NCBI RefSeq assembly: GCF_964213995.1
Contig: NW_027590162.1
Span: 124,001 to 188,000, forward strand
DNA: 64,000 nucleotides
Direction of reading: 5' to 3'
DNA from: Mustelus asterias
Lineage: Eukaryota
The position numbers and the translations under genes are program-made. This document shows positions 61,022 through 64,000 of this stretch, in pieces. Below the pieces are notes generated by a model. That model did no database searches. It was not told the DNA's origin and worked only from the letters and a program-made list of their open reading frames with translations. Position 1 is the stretch's first letter. Each line of letters begins with the position of its first letter.

Positions 61022-61037
61022 GGCTCTTTTAAGAGCC
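61022..61037 (+). terminator. histone 3' stem-loop (H3)
   Basis: GGCTCTTTTAAGAGCC-ACCAA plus GAAAGAGCTG. Confidence 0.95.
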
Positions 61038-61428
61038 ACCAACTCGACAAATGAAAGAGCTGCGATCTCCTGTTAACGATTCTAGTGTTTGAATTCCCAG
61101 GACAGAATATTCCCAGGACTCCAATACTGACACCTCTCAATGTTACAATTAACTCTCCGTTGCATTGAGGTCATTCATATCTCCAATCCTTTGATGGTTG
61201 GAGTAAAAGCGATGCCGTTAACAATTTTACCACAATTTAATTTTAAAGTATTTATTAAACCTGCGATCATTTCAGTTTCCGAGCAATAATTCCGCAAATC
61301 CACTTTCTCCGCACGTGTTTCGAGTCGCAGCGAGAGTGTTGAAAATTGTGTCAATTAAGTTCAGAATATGAAGCATGTCTCAAACAGTAACCCACTCACA
61401 CAGATATAACCATTGCAGGAACGCTTGC

Positions 61429-61552
61429 ACATTCGCATAGACAATAATTAACACTTTTCCAGATCCAGTGACTGACTTTGTGAGGACATTCATCGGTTTT
61501 CAAAGTCAGTCACTGGATCTGGAAAAATGTTAATTATTGTCTCTGTGAATGT
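61429..61552. repeat. 52-bp inverted repeat with 20-nt spacer
   Basis: Arms 61429-61480 and 61501-61552, 3 mismatches. Confidence 0.9.
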
Positions 61553-61770
61553 CTATGCGACTATCACATTTTAAAGCAATTATATTGGAATTAGGATCAT
61601 TTCAGTTCACTGGGATGGTTTCCCCGATAAACAACAGCAACTTGTATTAAAATACTGTATGCGTCAATAGTACGGATTGATAGAACAAAGCGGGAAACAG
61701 CTGTGCTGTGAATAGCAGTGCAGAAACTGACCGATAGACACCAGGTCGCCCTTTTTCAGGTAAAATGAGT

Positions 61771-61786
61771 GGCTCTGAAAAGAGCC
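61771..61786 (-). terminator. histone 3' stem-loop (H2A)
   Basis: GGCTCTTTTCAGAGCC-ACTCA on the minus strand. Confidence 0.95.
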
Positions 61787-61816
61787 TTTGGGTTATCAGA
61801 TTCAAGAATGGCCGCT

Positions 61817-62266
<450 letters not shown>

Positions 62267-63034
62267 TTATAAACTGACAGCTCCTCTGATTGGCCGCTGC
62301 TCTATTCACCTCATTTGCCTATATTCTTCACCAATCAGCTCACTGGAATCAGAAGAGGACGGGATTTCCCCACAACAACCGGCAGAAGCAGAGAATTTGT
62401 CCATTTCCAAAAGCCGCCAATTTCATTGTGGGAAAGGAGCGAATTCAAATCAATGTCGCCCTCAGTCAGAGATTTCAAATCCCTTCTATTGATTTGCTTT
62501 TATTCAGCTCTTCCCGTCACCAATCGGAGGCGCGGCTTTAACATTTTCTTTCAATGTGCTTCATTCTCCTATCGCTTTCTAACTGTCCCGGGCGGGAATC
62601 AATCCCTGTTCACAGCATTCCCAGAAGGAAAACACTCCGTTTAGTCTTCAATCAGAACCCAGTGTCCTTCACTGAAAACAGGGAGCCGGATCGAGTCCTC
62701 ACACTGTCCTTATTCCGCTCTGTAATAATCCCACTCCGGACTGTTACCCTGCGGAGAATTACTGTGAATAAAATGATGAATCAATGGACATTTCAGGAAT
62801 TTAGAGAAGGGACCGTTACCGCGAAAAACAGTCCCTAATGAGGTCATTTAGGAGCTGTGAAAATAACAGAATAATAACAGCTTTCAGCACAAAGCGAAGG
62901 CAGTGAGTGAATTCTGGGTCAGTGTTTGGATTACAGGACAGGAGACACAAACACCAGTGGAAGTTATTCTATTTTCCATTCTTATCATCGAACAGGAAGG
63001 AGCCAGGTCCAGCTTTTTCACAGAGATTGTGGGT

Positions 63035-63050
63035 GGCTCTTAAAAGAGCC
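63035..63050 (-). terminator. histone 3' stem-loop (H2B)
   Basis: GGCTCTTTTAAGAGCC-ACCCA on the minus strand. Confidence 0.95.
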
Positions 63051-63087
63051 GTTGTGTTTGGGATGTTTTTTCAGTCCATGGGGAGTT

Positions 63088-63474
63088 TTACTTGGAGCTG
63101 GTGTACTTGGTCACTGCCTTTGTCCCTTCCGACATGGCGTGCTTGGCCAGTTCCCCGGGCAGCAGCAGGCGCACGGCGGTCTGGATCTCCCGGGAGCTGA
63201 TGGTGCTGCGCTTGTTGTAATGGGCCAGGCGGGAAGCCTCACCCGCGATGCGCTCGAAAATATCGTTCACGAACGAGTTCATGATGCTCATGGCCTTGGA
63301 GGAGATGCCGGTGTCGGGGTGAACCTGCTTCATCACTTTGTAGATGTAGATGGAGTAACTCTCCTTCCTCGACTTTCGCCGCTTCTTGCCGCCCTTTGTT
63401 CCCAGTTTCTTAATCACTTTCTTCGCCCCCTTCTTCGGAGCTGCTTTCGATGTTGGTTTCTTCTCATCAGCCAT
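63088..63474 (-). CDS. H2B: histone H2B, 128 aa (HAMSEG instead of HAVSEG)
   Basis: [39 protein letters not shown]. Confidence 0.97.
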   Translation of the reverse strand: MADEKKPTSKAAPKKGAKKVIKKLGTKGGKKRRKSRKESYSIYIYKVMKQVHPDTGISSKAMSIMNSFVNDIFERIAGEASRLAHYNKRSTISSREIQTAVRLLLPGELAKHAMSEGTKAVTKYTSSK

Positions 63475-63526
63475 CTTCAATTTCACACAGAAATAAAGCA
63501 AACCCCTTCCGAGCGCTGATTAAATA

Positions 63527-64000
63527 GACTGTTCTCTTCCTGTTGGGGAGCACTTCAGCGGTCACGGGCATTCGGCCTCTGATATTCGGGTAAGCGTTCT
63601 CCAAGGCGGCCTTCGCGACACACGACAGCGCAGAGTCGCTGAGCAGAAACTGATAGCCAGGTTCCGCACACACAAGGACGGCCTCAACCGGGATATTGGG
63701 TTTATGTCACACTATTTCACATAAATATTTCTGCTTTTTTCCTCCTGAGTCTTTATCATGCGATCCTAGAATCAGAATTTATGTCACACTATTTGTAACT
63801 CCCACAGTTGCGTGGACCTGCAGAGTTTCACTGGCTGTCTTGTCTGGAGACAATACACATCTTTTTAGCCTGTCTTGATGCTCTCTCCACTCCCATTGTT
63901 TTGTTTCTTAAAGACTGGATTAGTTGTAAGTATTCGCATTCCAACCATTATTCATGTAAATTGAGTCTGTGTCTTATAAGTTCTGTTTGTGAACAGAATT
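63527..64000 (+). mobile_element. Penelope-like element 3' part (GIY-YIG endonuclease C-terminus + 3' UTR), runs off window
   Basis: DCSLPVGEHFSGHGHSASDIRVSVLQGGLRDTRQRRVAEQKLIARFRTHKDGLNRDIGFMSHY (VxEHF..H..E..I..GLN signature). Confidence 0.85.

Overview
Eukaryotic, repeat-dense DNA, most likely from a cartilaginous fish (shark). This is inferred from HE1/V-SINE-type SINEs, esterase-ORF1 CR1 LINEs and the H1/H2B N-terminal sequences. The right end holds a replication-dependent histone quintet (H1> H4> H3> <H2A <H2B), each gene with its 3' stem-loop. About 25 tRNA genes, pseudogenes or fragments (Pro, Ser, Gly, iMet, Arg, Leu, Trp, Thr) are spread through the window, partly in duplicated modules: a Ser-Gly module that also precedes H1, and an iMet module with a 20-bp minisatellite. 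The rest is CR1 LINEs (three near full length), SINEs, L2 relics, a solo LTR and Penelope-like element (PLE) pieces. Main observations: (1) An intact tRNA-Pro(TGG) has a canonical 37/38 intron, with a second copy and an intron-bearing Arg(TCG)-like relic, suggesting a wider tRNA-intron repertoire than is known in mammals. (2) A family of short TSD-flanked PLE derivatives carries minimal hammerhead cores, fold-back arms and a common 3' tail. (3) A PLE endonuclease fragment abuts the H2B TATA box. (4) An anticodon-less but otherwise perfect tRNA-Leu lies between H1 and H4. (5) An orphan CpG island has nine same-strand CCAAT boxes. All calls were made by eye, and boundaries of old repeats are approximate.
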